From assembly GCF_039541115.1 (NCBI RefSeq), contig NZ_BAABFP010000002.1, positions 310,001 to 374,000 on the forward strand: 64,000 bases of DNA, given 5' to 3'. Source of the DNA: Angustibacter luteus. Lineage in GTDB: Bacteria; Actinomycetota; Actinomycetes; Actinomycetales; Angustibacteraceae. Shown one piece after another: positions 34,893 through 45,561 of the stretch. How positions within the stretch are numbered: the stretch's first letter is position 1; each line of letters opens with the position of its first letter. A model generated the notes under the pieces. The model had not been told where the DNA came from. It saw only the letters and a list, made by a program, of their open reading frames with translations, and ran no database searches. The position numbers were made by a program, and so were the translations under genes.

Positions 34893-37800
34893 GTGTCGCA
34901 GGAGTCCGCGAACAGCGACCCGATGGCGGCCTTCGGGCCCAACGAATGGCTGGTGGACGAGCTCTACCAGCAGTACCTGAAGGACCGGTCCAACGTCGAC
35001 CGGGCGTGGTGGGGGTTCTTCGAGGACTACAACCCGCTCGACCCCGCGACCAACGGCCAGCGTCCGTCCGTCGAGGACACCGACCCCGGCGGGATCGCAC
35101 CTGCCACCGCGGCCACCGCGGCCGCCGCGGCCACCCCCGCCGTCCAGCCTCCGCCTGCTCCCCCGGCACCTGCCGCCCCCGCCGCCCCCGCACCGGAGAA
35201 GGAATCCGTGCAGCAGCCCATCCCGGCGGAGCCCGCCGCCAAGCCAGACGCCAAGCCCGCCGCCAAGCCGGCCCCCGCGGCCAAGCCGGCCCCCGCCGCC
35301 AGGCCCACCGCTGCGGCGGACGACGGCCCCGACGTCCGGCCGCTGCGGGGCGCGTCGGCCCGGGTCGTGACGAACATGGAGGCCAGCCTCCAGGTGCCGA
35401 CGGCGACCAGCGTGCGCGCCATCCCGGCCAAGCTGCTCATCGACAACCGCATCGTGATCAACAGCCACCTCAAGCGCAGTCGCGGCGGCAAGGTCTCGTT
35501 CACCCACCTCATCGGGTTCGCCGTGGTCAAGGCGCTCGCCGCGATGCCGGAGATGAACCACAGCTACGCGGAGCGGGACGGCAAGCCCGTCCTGGTGGCG
35601 ACCGACGCCGTCAACCTCGGCCTCGCGATCGACCTGGCGAAGCCGGACGGCACCCGCCAGCTCCTGGTGCCCAGCATCAAGGGCGCGGAGTCGATGGACT
35701 TCGCCCAGTTCTGGACCGGCTACGAGGACGTCGTGCGGCGGGCGCGCGCCCAGAAGCTGACCGCCGACGACTTCGCCGGGACGACGATCAGCCTGACCAA
35801 CCCGGGGACCATCGGCACCAACCACTCCGTGCCGCGGCTCATGAGCGGGCAGGGCACCATCGTGGGCGTCGGCTCGCTGGAGTACCCGGCCGAGTGGCAG
35901 GGCGCCAGCGAGGAGACGCTGAACCGCAGCGCCATCTCCAAGATCGTCACGCTCACCTCGACGTACGACCACCGGATCATCCAGGGCGCCCAGTCCGGTG
36001 ACTTCCTGCGCCGGATCCACCAGCTGCTGCTGGGCGAGGACGGCTTCTACGACGAGATCTTCCGCTCCCTGCGCATCCCGTACGAGCCGATCCGCTGGAT
36101 CCAGGACATCTCGACCAGCCATGACGACGACATCACCAAGACCGCACGGGTGCAGGAGCTGATCCACGCCTACCGGGTGCGCGGGCACCTGATGGCCGAC
36201 ACCGACCCGCTGGAGTACCGCCAGCGCCGCCACCCCGACCTCGACGTGATCACCCACGGGCTGAGTCTGTGGGACCTCGACCGCGAGTTCCCGACCGGCG
36301 GCTTCGGCGGCAAGCCGTTCATGAAGCTGCGGCACATCCTCGGCGTGCTGCGCGACTCCTACTGCCGCACCGTCGGCATCGAGTACATGCACATCCAGGA
36401 CCCCGAGCAGCGGGCGTGGATCCAGAGCAAGGTCGAGCGGCCCTACGACCGCACCTCCGCCGAGGAGCAGCTGCGCATCCTGCGCCGACTGAACTCCGCC
36501 GAGGCCTTCGAGACCTTCCTGCAGACCAAGTACGTGGGGCAGAAGCGGTTCAGCCTCGAGGGCGGCGAGTCCGTCATCGCGCTGCTGGACCGCATCCTGT
36601 CCCGCGCAGCCAACGAGCGCATGGACGAGGTCTGCATCGGCATGCCGCACCGCGGCCGGCTGAACGTGCTGGCCAACATCGCGGGCAAGTCCTACGGGCA
36701 GATCTTCCGCGAGTTCGAGGGCACCCAGGACCCGCGCAGCGTGCAGGGCTCGGGTGACGTCAAGTACCACCTGGGCACCGAGGGCAAGTTCACCTCCGAG
36801 GAGGGCGAGAACACCAAGGTCTACCTGGCGGCGAACCCCAGCCACCTGGAGGCCGTCAACCCGGTGCTCGAGGGCATCGTCCGGGCCAAGCAGGACCGGC
36901 TCGACCTCGGCGGCGAGGCGTTCAGCGTGCTACCGGTGCTGATGCACGGCGACGCGGCCTTCGCCGGCCAGGGCGTGGTGGCCGAGACGCTGAACCTCTC
37001 GCAGCTGCGCGGCTACCGCACCGGCGGCACGATCCACATCGTCGTGAACAACCAGGTGGGCTTCACCACCTCGCCGTCCGCGTCCCGCTCGTCGTTCTAC
37101 TCGACCGACGTGGCCCGGATGATCCAGGCGCCGATCTTCCACGTGAACGGCGACGACCCGGAGGCCTGCGTGCGGGTCGCCGAGCTGGCGTTCGAGTTCC
37201 GCCAGGAGTTCGGCAAGGACGTCGTCATCGACATGGTCTGCTACCGCCGTCGCGGGCACAACGAGGGCGACGACCCGTCCATGACCCAGCCGCTGATGTA
37301 CCGGCTGATCGAGAACAAGCGCAGCGTGCGCAAGCTCTACACCGAGTCGCTGATCGGCCGTGGCGACATCACGGTCGAGGATGCCGAGGCCGCGCTGCGC
37401 GACTACCAGCAGCAGCTGGAGCGGGTCTTCACCGAGACCCGGGAGGCCTCGCGGTCGACCGGTGACGGCGACTCGCGCGGCGGCCTGGAGCGCCCGCAGG
37501 CGCAGGTGGACGACGACGTGTTCTCGGTGTCGCGCCCGTCCGCCATCAGCACCGAGGTGCTGCACCACATCGGCGACGCGTTCAGCTCGGCTCCCGAGGG
37601 CTTCAGCGTGCACCCCAAGCTGCAGCAGCTGATGGCCAAGCGCACGCAGATGACCCGCGAAGGTGGCGTCGACTGGGCGATGGGCGAGCTGCTCGCCTTC
37701 GGCTCGCTGCTCATGGAGCAGACGCCGGTGCGGCTGGCCGGCCAGGACTCCCGCCGCGGCACCTTCGTGCAGCGGCACTCGGTGCTGATCGACAAGGTCA

Positions 37801-38687
37801 CCGCCGAGGAGTGGACGCCGCTGCTCTACCTGACCGACGACCAGGCCCGGTTCTGGGTCTACGACTCGTTGCTGTCCGAGTTCGCGGCCATGGGCTTCGA
37901 GTACGGCTACTCCGTGGAGCGGCCGGACGCGCTGGTGCTGTGGGAGGCCCAGTTCGGCGACTTCGTCAACGGCGCGCAGACGATCATGGACGAGTTCATC
38001 TCCTCCTCGGAGCAGAAGTGGGGCCAGCACTCGTCCGTCGTGCTGCTGCTGCCGCACGGCTACGAGGGGCAGGGCCCGGACCACTCCTCGGCGCGCATCG
38101 AGCGCTTCCTCCAGATGTGCGCGGAAGACAACATGACCGTCGCGATGCCCAGCACCCCGGCGTCCTACTTCCACCTGCTGCGCCGTCAGGCGTACGCCCG
38201 GCCCCGTCGTCCGCTGATCGTCTTCACCCCGAAGTCGATGCTCCGGTTGAAGGCCGCGGTCAGCAGCCCCGAGGAGTTCACCTCCGGACACTTCCTGCCG
38301 GTGATCGGGGACGCGTCGGTCGATGCGGCGAACGTCGACCGGGTGCTGCTGTGCGCGGGCAAGATCTACTGGGACCTGGTGGCCGAGCGCAGCAAGCGCG
38401 AGGACACCAGCACCGCGATCATTCGGGTCGAGCAGCTCGCGCCGCTGCCCGTCGACGAGATCCTGACCGAGATCGACAAGTACCCGGGTGCGCAGCTGGT
38501 CTGGGCGCAGCAGGAGCCGGCGAACATGGGGCCGTGGCCGCACGTCGCGCTGAACCTGCCGGAGTTCCTCGGCGGGCGGGCGCTGCACCGGGCCTCGCGC
38601 CCGGCGTCCGCGTCGCCGGCGAGCGGGTCGTCGAAGCGGCACGAGGAGGAGCTCGTCGCGCTGCTCGAGCAGGCCCTGGGCCGCTGA
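34893..38687 (+). CDS. kgd: Multifunctional 2-oxoglutarate decarboxylase/dehydrogenase E1o-E2 fusion
   Basis: [45 protein letters not shown] (ThDP) and [14 protein letters not shown]. Confidence 0.97.
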   Translation: MSQESANSDPMAAFGPNEWLVDELYQQYLKDRSNVDRAWWGFFEDYNPLDPATNGQRPSVEDTDPGGIAPATAATAAAAATPAVQPPPAPPAPAAPAAPAPEKESVQQPIPAEPAAKPDAKPAAKPAPAAKPAPAARPTAAADDGPDVRPLRGASARVVTNMEASLQVPTATSVRAIPAKLLIDNRIVINSHLKRSRGGKVSFTHLIGFAVVKALAAMPEMNHSYAERDGKPVLVATDAVNLGLAIDLAKPDGTRQLLVPSIKGAESMDFAQFWTGYEDVVRRARAQKLTADDFAGTTISLTNPGTIGTNHSVPRLMSGQGTIVGVGSLEYPAEWQGASEETLNRSAISKIVTLTSTYDHRIIQGAQSGDFLRRIHQLLLGEDGFYDEIFRSLRIPYEPIRWIQDISTSHDDDITKTARVQELIHAYRVRGHLMADTDPLEYRQRRHPDLDVITHGLSLWDLDREFPTGGFGGKPFMKLRHILGVLRDSYCRTVGIEYMHIQDPEQRAWIQSKVERPYDRTSAEEQLRILRRLNSAEAFETFLQTKYVGQKRFSLEGGESVIALLDRILSRAANERMDEVCIGMPHRGRLNVLANIAGKSYGQIFREFEGTQDPRSVQGSGDVKYHLGTEGKFTSEEGENTKVYLAANPSHLEAVNPVLEGIVRAKQDRLDLGGEAFSVLPVLMHGDAAFAGQGVVAETLNLSQLRGYRTGGTIHIVVNNQVGFTTSPSASRSSFYSTDVARMIQAPIFHVNGDDPEACVRVAELAFEFRQEFGKDVVIDMVCYRRRGHNEGDDPSMTQPLMYRLIENKRSVRKLYTESLIGRGDITVEDAEAALRDYQQQLERVFTETREASRSTGDGDSRGGLERPQAQVDDDVFSVSRPSAISTEVLHHIGDAFSSAPEGFSVHPKLQQLMAKRTQMTREGGVDWAMGELLAFGSLLMEQTPVRLAGQDSRRGTFVQRHSVLIDKVTAEEWTPLLYLTDDQARFWVYDSLLSEFAAMGFEYGYSVERPDALVLWEAQFGDFVNGAQTIMDEFISSSEQKWGQHSSVVLLLPHGYEGQGPDHSSARIERFLQMCAEDNMTVAMPSTPASYFHLLRRQAYARPRRPLIVFTPKSMLRLKAAVSSPEEFTSGHFLPVIGDASVDAANVDRVLLCAGKIYWDLVAERSKREDTSTAIIRVEQLAPLPVDEILTEIDKYPGAQLVWAQQEPANMGPWPHVALNLPEFLGGRALHRASRPASASPASGSSKRHEEELVALLEQALGR

Positions 38688-38696
38688 GGGACGCGC

Positions 38697-38873
38697 GTGT
38701 ACTTCACCGACCGCGGGATCGAGGAGCTCGAGGAGCGACGCGGGGACGAGCACGTCTCCTTGTCCTGGGTGGCCGAGCGGCTGCGCGAGTTCGTCGACCT
38801 GAACCCGGAGTTCGAGACACCGACGGAGCGGCTGGCCACCTGGCTGGCCCGCCTGGACGACGAGGACGAGTGA
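38697..38873 (+). CDS. 58-aa acidic actinobacterial protein (DUF6104-like)
   Basis: Hand-translated MYFTDRGIEELEERRGDEHVSLSWVAERLREFVDLNPEFETPTERLATWLARLDDEDE; high GC3; below the track cutoff. Confidence 0.85.
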   Translation: MYFTDRGIEELEERRGDEHVSLSWVAERLREFVDLNPEFETPTERLATWLARLDDEDE

Positions 38874-38880
38874 GCTGCCC

Positions 38881-39501
38881 GTGAGCGCTGTTGCGAGCGG
38901 CGCGCGCCGCGACGTCCGGATCTGCGTGGTGGGGTCGTCGATGGCCCTCGGCTACGGGGACCCCAAGGCCCTCGGCTGGGTGGGCCGGGTCGCCGCCCGC
39001 ACACCGGCGGAGGAGATCGACCTGACCGTGCACAACCTGGGCGTGCGCGGTGACACCACGGCCGGCGTGCTCGAGCGCTGGCGTGCGGAGGTGGGACGGC
39101 GGCTCGAGGACGGCGCGGACAACCGGCTCGTCGTCGCGGTCGGCGCGGGAGACGTCGACGCGGGCATCTCGCTGGCCCGCACGCGGCTGAACCTGGCCAA
39201 CGTCGTCGACGAGGCGGCCGCGGACGGGCTGCAGCCCTTCGTCGTCGGGCCGCCACCGCGGGCCGACCGCACGTTCAACGACCGGTTGCGGGCCGTCGTC
39301 GACGCCGAGCGCGATGTCTGCGAGCGCCGGTCGGTGCCGTTCGTGGACTGCTTCGAGCCGCTGCTCTCGCACGAGCAGTGGGCGGCGGACCTGTCCACCG
39401 GCGACGGCGTGCACCCGGGTCAGGCCGGCTACGGCCTGCTCGCGTGGCTGGTGCTGCACTGCGGCTGGCCGCAGTGGCTCGGCCTCGACCCCCTCCCCTG
39501 A
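38881..39501 (+). CDS. SGNH/GDSL hydrolase
   Basis: VGSS block I, NLGVRGDT block II and DGVHP block V. Confidence 0.85.
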   Translation: MSAVASGARRDVRICVVGSSMALGYGDPKALGWVGRVAARTPAEEIDLTVHNLGVRGDTTAGVLERWRAEVGRRLEDGADNRLVVAVGAGDVDAGISLARTRLNLANVVDEAAADGLQPFVVGPPPRADRTFNDRLRAVVDAERDVCERRSVPFVDCFEPLLSHEQWAADLSTGDGVHPGQAGYGLLAWLVLHCGWPQWLGLDPLP

Positions 39502-39526
39502 CCTTCGCGCCCCCTTCTCGCACCTA

Positions 39527-39573
39527 TCGCGCTACCCGTGGTTTTCGAGGCTCCATAGCCACGGGTAGCGCGA
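39527..39573 (+). terminator. Hairpin after the kgd-GDSL unit
   Basis: TCGCGCTACCCGTGG/CCACGGGTAGCGCGA perfect 15-bp stem. Confidence 0.6.
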
Positions 39574-39592
39574 ATGGTGCTCGAACTCGGGG

Positions 39593-39649
39593 TTGACGGG
39601 TTGCGACAGACGCGATATATCTTGAGTTCCCAAGACGAGATATATCGCG
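39593..39649 (+). promoter_or_regulatory. Promoter with PadR-type operator
   Basis: TTGACG -35 at 39593; inverted repeat CGCGATATATCT (39611-39622)/AGATATATCGCG (39638-39649) covers the -10. Confidence 0.7.
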
Positions 39650-39662
39650 AACGGAGCGTGAC

Positions 39663-40484
39663 ATGGCGGAGAGCTGGCAGGTCGACGGAGCGAAGGTCCT
39701 GGAGGTCGGCGGCGAGGGCGAGCCGGTGCGCGAGCTGCGCGTCGGCCTGGTCGCCGGGCGGGTGGACGTCGTCGCCCACTCCGACGACGAGCCGGGCGCT
39801 CGCATCGAGGTCACCCGGGTCAAGGGACGTCCCCTCGAGATCGAGTGGAAGGACGGCGCGCTGTCCGTGGCCCACCCGAAGGTCAAGTGGGACGGACTCC
39901 TCGACGGCCTGAAGAGCCTGGGCCGCAAGGACGACGAGGCCGAGCTGAGCATCGCCGTCCCCCGCGGCTGCTCGGTGAAGATCTCCACGGTGTCGGCGGA
40001 CGGCCTGCTGGCCGGGCTGCAGGCCGATGCCTCGGTCCGCACGGTCAGCGGCGAGCTCGCCGTCTCCGACGTCCGGGGCGAGGTCAACGCCCGCACCGTC
40101 TCCGGCCGGATCGACGTCCGCGAGCTGCGCGGCAGCCTCAGCGGCGAGTCGGTCAGCGGCTCGCTCGTGGTGCACGCGGTCGAGCTCGACAAGCTCGACG
40201 TCAAGACCGTGTCCGGCGAGCTCGTGCTCGACCTGCACTCCACGCCGAGCCGGGTGAACATGAAGAGCGTCTCCGGCGACCTCGTCGTCCGGATCCCCCC
40301 GGAGTCCGGGTTCCGGCTGGACGCCGCGACCATGTCCGGCCAGATCGTGGCCGACGGCCGCCGGCTCGGCAAGGGCCGCCCCGGCCCGCCCCAGGGCGAG
40401 ATCCGGGACGGCGACGAGTCGGTCCGGGTGTCCGCCAAGTCGGTCAGCGGCGACGTGACCCTGATCCGCACGGCCGCCTCGTGA
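39663..40484 (+). CDS. DUF4097-like beta-strand repeat protein
   Basis: Repeated (T/S)VSG(E/D/S/R) units; GGAG RBS. Confidence 0.85.
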   Translation: MAESWQVDGAKVLEVGGEGEPVRELRVGLVAGRVDVVAHSDDEPGARIEVTRVKGRPLEIEWKDGALSVAHPKVKWDGLLDGLKSLGRKDDEAELSIAVPRGCSVKISTVSADGLLAGLQADASVRTVSGELAVSDVRGEVNARTVSGRIDVRELRGSLSGESVSGSLVVHAVELDKLDVKTVSGELVLDLHSTPSRVNMKSVSGDLVVRIPPESGFRLDAATMSGQIVADGRRLGKGRPGPPQGEIRDGDESVRVSAKSVSGDVTLIRTAAS

Positions 40485-41098
40485 GTCCGGTCTTCGCGCA
40501 CGGCCAGCTGCGCCTGTACATGCTGATCTCGCTGGCCGACGGCCCGAAGCACGGCTACGAGATCATCCGTGACCTCGAGGAGCGCTTCGACGGGCTCTAC
40601 GCGCCGAGCGCGGGCACCGTCTACCCGCGGCTCTCGCGGCTGGAGGAGGAGGGCCTGGTCGTCCGCGAGGACGACGGCCGCAAGGCGGTGTACCGGATCA
40701 CCGACGCTGGGCGGGCCGAGCTCGCACACCGCTCGGACGACGTCCAGGACCTCGAGGTCGACCTCGACCGCACCGTGCGCCAGCTGGCCGAGGAGGTCCG
40801 CGCCCAGGTGCGCGGCGGCGCCAAGGACCTGCGCGCCGAGCTCATGGACGCCGCTCGGACCGCCCGCCGGCACGCCCGCGACGAGCCGGCGGACAAGGCC
40901 GCCCGGGAGGCGTCGTACGGCCGCCACCCGCAGGTCGAGAACGCCGTCGAGGAGCTGCGTCGCGGCCTGCGGTCAGCCACCCGTCGGCAGTGGATCGACC
41001 AGGAGTCGTTGAACGAGATCACGTCCATCATCGAGCGCGCCCGCGACGACGTCATCGCCGTCGTGGAGCGCGCCGTCAAGCAAGGGAGGCAGCCATGA
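40481..41098 (+). CDS. PadR family regulator
   Basis: HGQLRLY, HGYEII, PSAGTVYPRLSRLEEEG and RKAVYRITDAG; GTG overlaps the upstream TGA. Confidence 0.9.
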   Translation: MSPVFAHGQLRLYMLISLADGPKHGYEIIRDLEERFDGLYAPSAGTVYPRLSRLEEEGLVVREDDGRKAVYRITDAGRAELAHRSDDVQDLEVDLDRTVRQLAEEVRAQVRGGAKDLRAELMDAARTARRHARDEPADKAAREASYGRHPQVENAVEELRRGLRSATRRQWIDQESLNEITSIIERARDDVIAVVERAVKQGRQP

Positions 41099-41214
41099 TG
41101 GCTGGAGCAAGCAAGGAGCTCGTCACCTACGTGCAGGACGAGCGGGTCCGGGCCGCGGCCCGTTGGCACCGGCCCGAACCGCGCGGCTCGATGCGTCGCA
41201 CCCTGGCCGACTGA
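41095..41214 (+). CDS. Putative 39-aa small protein
   Basis: GGGAGG RBS and ATGA overlap with the padR stop; MMAGASKELVTYVQDERVRAAARWHRPEPRGSMRRTLAD. Confidence 0.5.
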   Translation: MMAGASKELVTYVQDERVRAAARWHRPEPRGSMRRTLAD

Positions 41215-41291
41215 GGTGTGGCTGGTCGCCCAGGCGCAGATCGGTTGCGCTGCAACGCGTGCGGCCGAGGCGAGGCGCTCGACGACCACCG

Positions 41292-42260
41292 TCAGGGTCG
41301 GGTGAACACGACCTTGCCGAACAGGTCCGCGTCGAGCATCCGCTCGAATCCCTCGCGGGCCCGCTCGAGCGGGAGCACCCGGTCGACCTGCGGGCGCACC
41401 CCGGTCACCGCGCAGAACCGCATCAGCCGGTCAAGCTCGTCCCGGGTGCCCATGGTCGACCCGACCACCCGCAGCTGGAGGAAGAACACCCGGGTGAGCT
41501 CGGCCGGCGGCGCGTCGCCGCTGGTCGCCCCGCAGGTGACGATCACGCCACCGGGTTTGAGCGCCTTCACCGAGTGCGACCAGGTCGCCTGGCCGACGGT
41601 CTCCATCACGCCGTCCACCCGCTCGGGCAGCCGCTCACCCGACGCGAAGGCCCGGTCCGCGCCCAGCTCGAGGGCCCGCGCCCCCTTCGCCTCCTCCCGG
41701 CTGGTCACCCACATCCGGTAGCCCGCGGCGGACCCGAGCGCGACCAGCGCCGTCGCCACCCCGCCGCCGGCACCCTGCACGAGCACCGTCGAGCCGGGCG
41801 CCAGGTCGCTGCGGGTGAACAGCATCCGGTACGCCGTCAACCACGCCGTGGGCAGGCAGGCGGCCTCCTCGAAGCTGAGCTCGGCCGGCTTGGGCACCAG
41901 GTTGCGCCGCGGCACCACGACCTCGTCCGCGAAGGTGCCCTGGTGCCGTTCGGACAGGAGGGAGCGCTTGGGGTCGAGGGTCTCGTCGCCGCTCCAGTCC
42001 GGTGAGCTGATCACCGCGTGCACCACGACCTCGTTGCCGTCGTCGTCCACCCCGGCGCCGTCGCAGCCGAGGATCATCGGCAGCCGGTCGGCCGGAAGGC
42101 CGACCCCACGCAGGCTCCACAGGTCGTGGTGGTTCAGGCTCGCCGCCCGCAGGCGCACCCGCGCCCAACCGTCGGGCACCTCCGGCGACGGCCGCTCCCC
42201 CAGGGACAGGCCGGTCAGGGGGTCGTCGTTCGAGCTTCCGGACGCGAAGACAGCAAACAT
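41292..42260 (-). CDS. MDR-family NAD(P)H oxidoreductase
   Basis: ASLNHHD, ILGCDGAG, AACLPTAWLTAY, QGAGGGV and GSTMG. Confidence 0.9.
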   Translation of the reverse strand: MFAVFASGSSNDDPLTGLSLGERPSPEVPDGWARVRLRAASLNHHDLWSLRGVGLPADRLPMILGCDGAGVDDDGNEVVVHAVISSPDWSGDETLDPKRSLLSERHQGTFADEVVVPRRNLVPKPAELSFEEAACLPTAWLTAYRMLFTRSDLAPGSTVLVQGAGGGVATALVALGSAAGYRMWVTSREEAKGARALELGADRAFASGERLPERVDGVMETVGQATWSHSVKALKPGGVIVTCGATSGDAPPAELTRVFFLQLRVVGSTMGTRDELDRLMRFCAVTGVRPQVDRVLPLERAREGFERMLDADLFGKVVFTRP

Positions 42261-42278
42261 GATGCGACCCTAACGTCC

Positions 42279-44000
42279 GTGAACCCAGCCGCCACCCCAG
42301 CCACCACCCCAGCCGAGACCGCCGCCCAGCGCGCCGAGATCGTCGTCGGACCCGTCCTGCGCTACGTCGACCAGACCACCGCCACCGTCTGGGTGGAGAC
42401 CGACCGGGCCTGCGAGGTCGAGGTGCTCGGGCACCGGACGACCACCTGGGACCTGTACGGCCACCACTTCGCGATCGTCGTGGTCGAGGGCCTCGAGCCC
42501 GCCAGCCGCACGCCGTACGAGGTCCGCCTGGACGGCGACCTGGCCTGGCCCGAGCCCGGCTCCCCGCACCCGCCGAGCATCATCCGCACGCTCGGGGCGG
42601 AGCACCTGGCGCGGATCGCCTTCGGCTCCTGCCGCCGCGCCGCGCCCTTCGACCGCCAGGCGCTCAAGGCGGTGGGCGCCGACGCCCTGGTCGCGCTGTC
42701 CGAGCGGATGATGGGAGACGACTCGCGGCACGCCCCCGACCTGCTGCTGCTGGTCGGCGACCAGGTCTACGCCGACGACCCGTCGCCGGCGCTGAAGAAG
42801 CGGCTGCGGGAGCTGCACGACCACGGCCAGCGCGAAGCCACGGCCGAGGGTCCGGACAGCGGCGACGTCCGCGAGGAGATCGTCGACTTCGAGGAGTACA
42901 CCTGGCTGTACCACGAGTCGTGGCGCACCCCGGCGGTGCGCTGGCTGCTGTCCACGGTCCCGACGTGCATGATCCTGGACGACCACGACCTGCGCGACGA
43001 CTGGAACAGCTCGTGGTCGTGGCGGCAGGAGATGACCCAGAAGGACTGGTGGCACGACCGGGTGGTCGGGGCGTTCTCGTCGTACTGGGTCTACCAGCAC
43101 CTGGGCAACCTGTCCCCCGGCGAGCTGGCGCAGGACGAGGTGTACGACGCGCTCCGCGGCGCGCCCGACGGCCCCACCCGCGAACGGCTCCTGGCGGACT
43201 TCGTGGTGCGCGCCGACGAGAACCCCGACACCGCACGCTGGAGCTTCCACCGCGACCTCGGCCGCACCCGGCTGGTCGTGCTCGACTCCCGCTGCTCGCG
43301 CCGGCTGACCCCGGGCGACCGAGCCATCGTGGACGACAAGGAGTGGGCGTGGTTCGAGGAGGTCACCGACGCGGACGTCGACCACCTGCTGATCGGGACG
43401 TCGCTGCCGGTGCTCCTGCTGCACGGGGTGCACGCGCTGGAGGGCTGGAGCGAGGCCGTCGCCGAGGGGGCATGGGGGGCCTGGGGCGAGAAGCTCGGCG
43501 AGCAGGTCCGGCTCAAGGTCGACCTGGAGCACTGGGCCGCGTTCCGGAACTCCTTCGACGCGATGGTGACCCGGGTCCGTGAGATCGGCACGCGCGCCGA
43601 GCCGCCGGCCAGCGTGCTGTGGCTGTCCGGCGACGTGCACTGCTCCTACCTGGCGACGGCCGACGTGGCCGGCGTCGACCCCGCTGGCACCACCGTCCGG
43701 CAGCTCACCATGTCGCCCTTCCGCAACCCGCTCGGGCCGATGATCCGGACGGCCAACTCGTGGCTGGACCGCGGCGCGGCTCGCTCGCTGCTCGGCTGGC
43801 TGGCCCGGCGGGCCGGGGTCCGCGAGCCCGCGATGACCTGGGACGTCGACCACGGGCCGTGGTTCGACAACGGCGTCATGACGGTCGTGCTGGACGGGCG
43901 GTCGGCCGCCGTGGAGGTCGAGCACGCGCGCGTCGTCTCCGGCCGCCAGGTGCTGGACCGCACGGCGACCCTGCCGCTGACGACGGCCCGCCCGGCCTGA
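42279..44000 (+). CDS. PhoD-like metallophosphoesterase
   Basis: GPVLRY, FGSCR, GDQVYAD, DDHD and LSGDVH; GTG 42279. Confidence 0.88.
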   Translation: MNPAATPATTPAETAAQRAEIVVGPVLRYVDQTTATVWVETDRACEVEVLGHRTTTWDLYGHHFAIVVVEGLEPASRTPYEVRLDGDLAWPEPGSPHPPSIIRTLGAEHLARIAFGSCRRAAPFDRQALKAVGADALVALSERMMGDDSRHAPDLLLLVGDQVYADDPSPALKKRLRELHDHGQREATAEGPDSGDVREEIVDFEEYTWLYHESWRTPAVRWLLSTVPTCMILDDHDLRDDWNSSWSWRQEMTQKDWWHDRVVGAFSSYWVYQHLGNLSPGELAQDEVYDALRGAPDGPTRERLLADFVVRADENPDTARWSFHRDLGRTRLVVLDSRCSRRLTPGDRAIVDDKEWAWFEEVTDADVDHLLIGTSLPVLLLHGVHALEGWSEAVAEGAWGAWGEKLGEQVRLKVDLEHWAAFRNSFDAMVTRVREIGTRAEPPASVLWLSGDVHCSYLATADVAGVDPAGTTVRQLTMSPFRNPLGPMIRTANSWLDRGAARSLLGWLARRAGVREPAMTWDVDHGPWFDNGVMTVVLDGRSAAVEVEHARVVSGRQVLDRTATLPLTTARPA

Positions 44001-44006
44001 CGCCAG

Positions 44007-44052
44007 GATCGTGGCAACCTCGCATCGCGGGTGATGCGAGGTTGCCACGATC
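44007..44052. repeat. 20-bp-arm palindrome between convergent genes (REP-like or bidirectional terminator)
   Basis: GATCGTGGCAACCTCGCATC-N6-GATGCGAGGTTGCCACGATC. Confidence 0.75.
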
Positions 44053-44070
44053 TGCTGGTCGGCGGGTGGG

Positions 44071-45282
44071 CTAGCTCCGGGCGAGGCCCTCGCGGCGCGC
44101 GGTGGCCGAGACGGCCGCCGACACCGCCGGGACGACGCGCTCGTCGAACACGCTCGGCACGATCTCCACCGCCGTCGGCGAGTCGACGAGGTCGGCGATC
44201 GCCCACGCCGCGGCCAGCTTCATCGCCTCGCTGACCCGGCCGGCCCGCACGTCCAGCGCCCCGCGGAACACCCCGGGGAAGGCGAGCACGTTGTTGATCT
44301 GGTTCGGGAAGTCGCTGCGACCCGTCGCCACGACTGCGGCATACCGGCGGGCGACGTCCGGGTGCACCTCCGGGTCGGGGTTGGCCAGGCCGAAGACGAT
44401 CGCGGACGGCGCCATCGCGGCCAGCGCGACCTCGGGCACCGTGCCACCGCTGACCCCGACGTACGCATCGGCGCCGCGCAGCGCGTCGCCGAGCGCGCCC
44501 TGGACGCCGCGCGGGTTGGTCCCGAGTGCGAGCCGGCGCTTGTGCGGGGCCAGGTCGGGCCGTCCCACGTGCAGGACGCCGCGCGAGTCGCACACCACCA
44601 CGTCCGCCACCCCGGCGCGGCCGAGGATCCGGCTCACCGCGACGCCCGCCGCCCCGGCACCGCCGACCACCACCCGCAGGTCGGCCAGCGGCTTGCCGAC
44701 CACCCGCGCGGCGTTGCGCAGCGCGGCGAGCACCACGATCGCCGTCCCGTGCTGGTCGTCGTGGAAGACCGGGATGTCCAGCAGGTCCTGCAACCGGCGC
44801 TCGACCTCGAAGCAGCGCGGGGCCGAGATGTCCTCCAGGTTGATCCCGCCGTACGTCGGGGCGAGCCGCACCACGGTCTCGACGAGCTCGTCGACGTCCG
44901 TGGTGGCCAGGCAGATCGGCACGGCGTCGACGTCCGCGAAGTGCTTGAAGAGCAGGGCCTTGCCCTCCATCACCGGCAGCGCGGCGGCGGGTCCGATGTC
45001 ACCCAGGCCGAGCACCGCCGTCCCGTCGGTGACGACCGCGACCGTGTTCGCGCGGCTGGTGTAGACGTCGGCGAGCGTCGGATCGGCCGCGATGGCCCGC
45101 GACACCTCGGCCACGCCCGGGGTGTAGGCCAGGGACAGGTCGGCGCGACCGGTCAACGGACGGCGAGCGGTGACCGCGAGCTTGCCGCCGAGGTGGTGCT
45201 GGAAGACGGCCGAGCTCGGGTCGTAGGTGGGTTCGGGCAGGGCAGGACGATGCAACGGTTCGGCGGACACGGGTCCGTTCAC
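44071..45282 (-). CDS. NAD(P)-dependent malic enzyme
   Basis: [35 protein letters not shown] and [11 protein letters not shown]. Confidence 0.95.
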   Translation of the reverse strand: MNGPVSAEPLHRPALPEPTYDPSSAVFQHHLGGKLAVTARRPLTGRADLSLAYTPGVAEVSRAIAADPTLADVYTSRANTVAVVTDGTAVLGLGDIGPAAALPVMEGKALLFKHFADVDAVPICLATTDVDELVETVVRLAPTYGGINLEDISAPRCFEVERRLQDLLDIPVFHDDQHGTAIVVLAALRNAARVVGKPLADLRVVVGGAGAAGVAVSRILGRAGVADVVVCDSRGVLHVGRPDLAPHKRRLALGTNPRGVQGALGDALRGADAYVGVSGGTVPEVALAAMAPSAIVFGLANPDPEVHPDVARRYAAVVATGRSDFPNQINNVLAFPGVFRGALDVRAGRVSEAMKLAAAWAIADLVDSPTAVEIVPSVFDERVVPAVSAAVSATARREGLARS

Positions 45283-45561
45283 CTCAATCAGGACATGGGC
45301 TGCGCAAGGGGGACCTCGAGGAACGCTCTACGACCGGGTATGGCCGGAATGTCCTCGCACGGGGGTCTCCCGCAAGGCGCTGCCCATGGTGCCACAGTGA
45401 CGACCGGATCACGAGGGGCGAGACCGGACAGAGACGTGCATCACGCAAAGATCGCCTGTCGTCACGGAAGATCACGAGAAGGTCCCGATCGACTCCGGGG
45501 TACCACCCGTACAGATGTCGGTGGCAGGATGCGGCCATCAGATGAGCCTGAGGAGGCCCTC

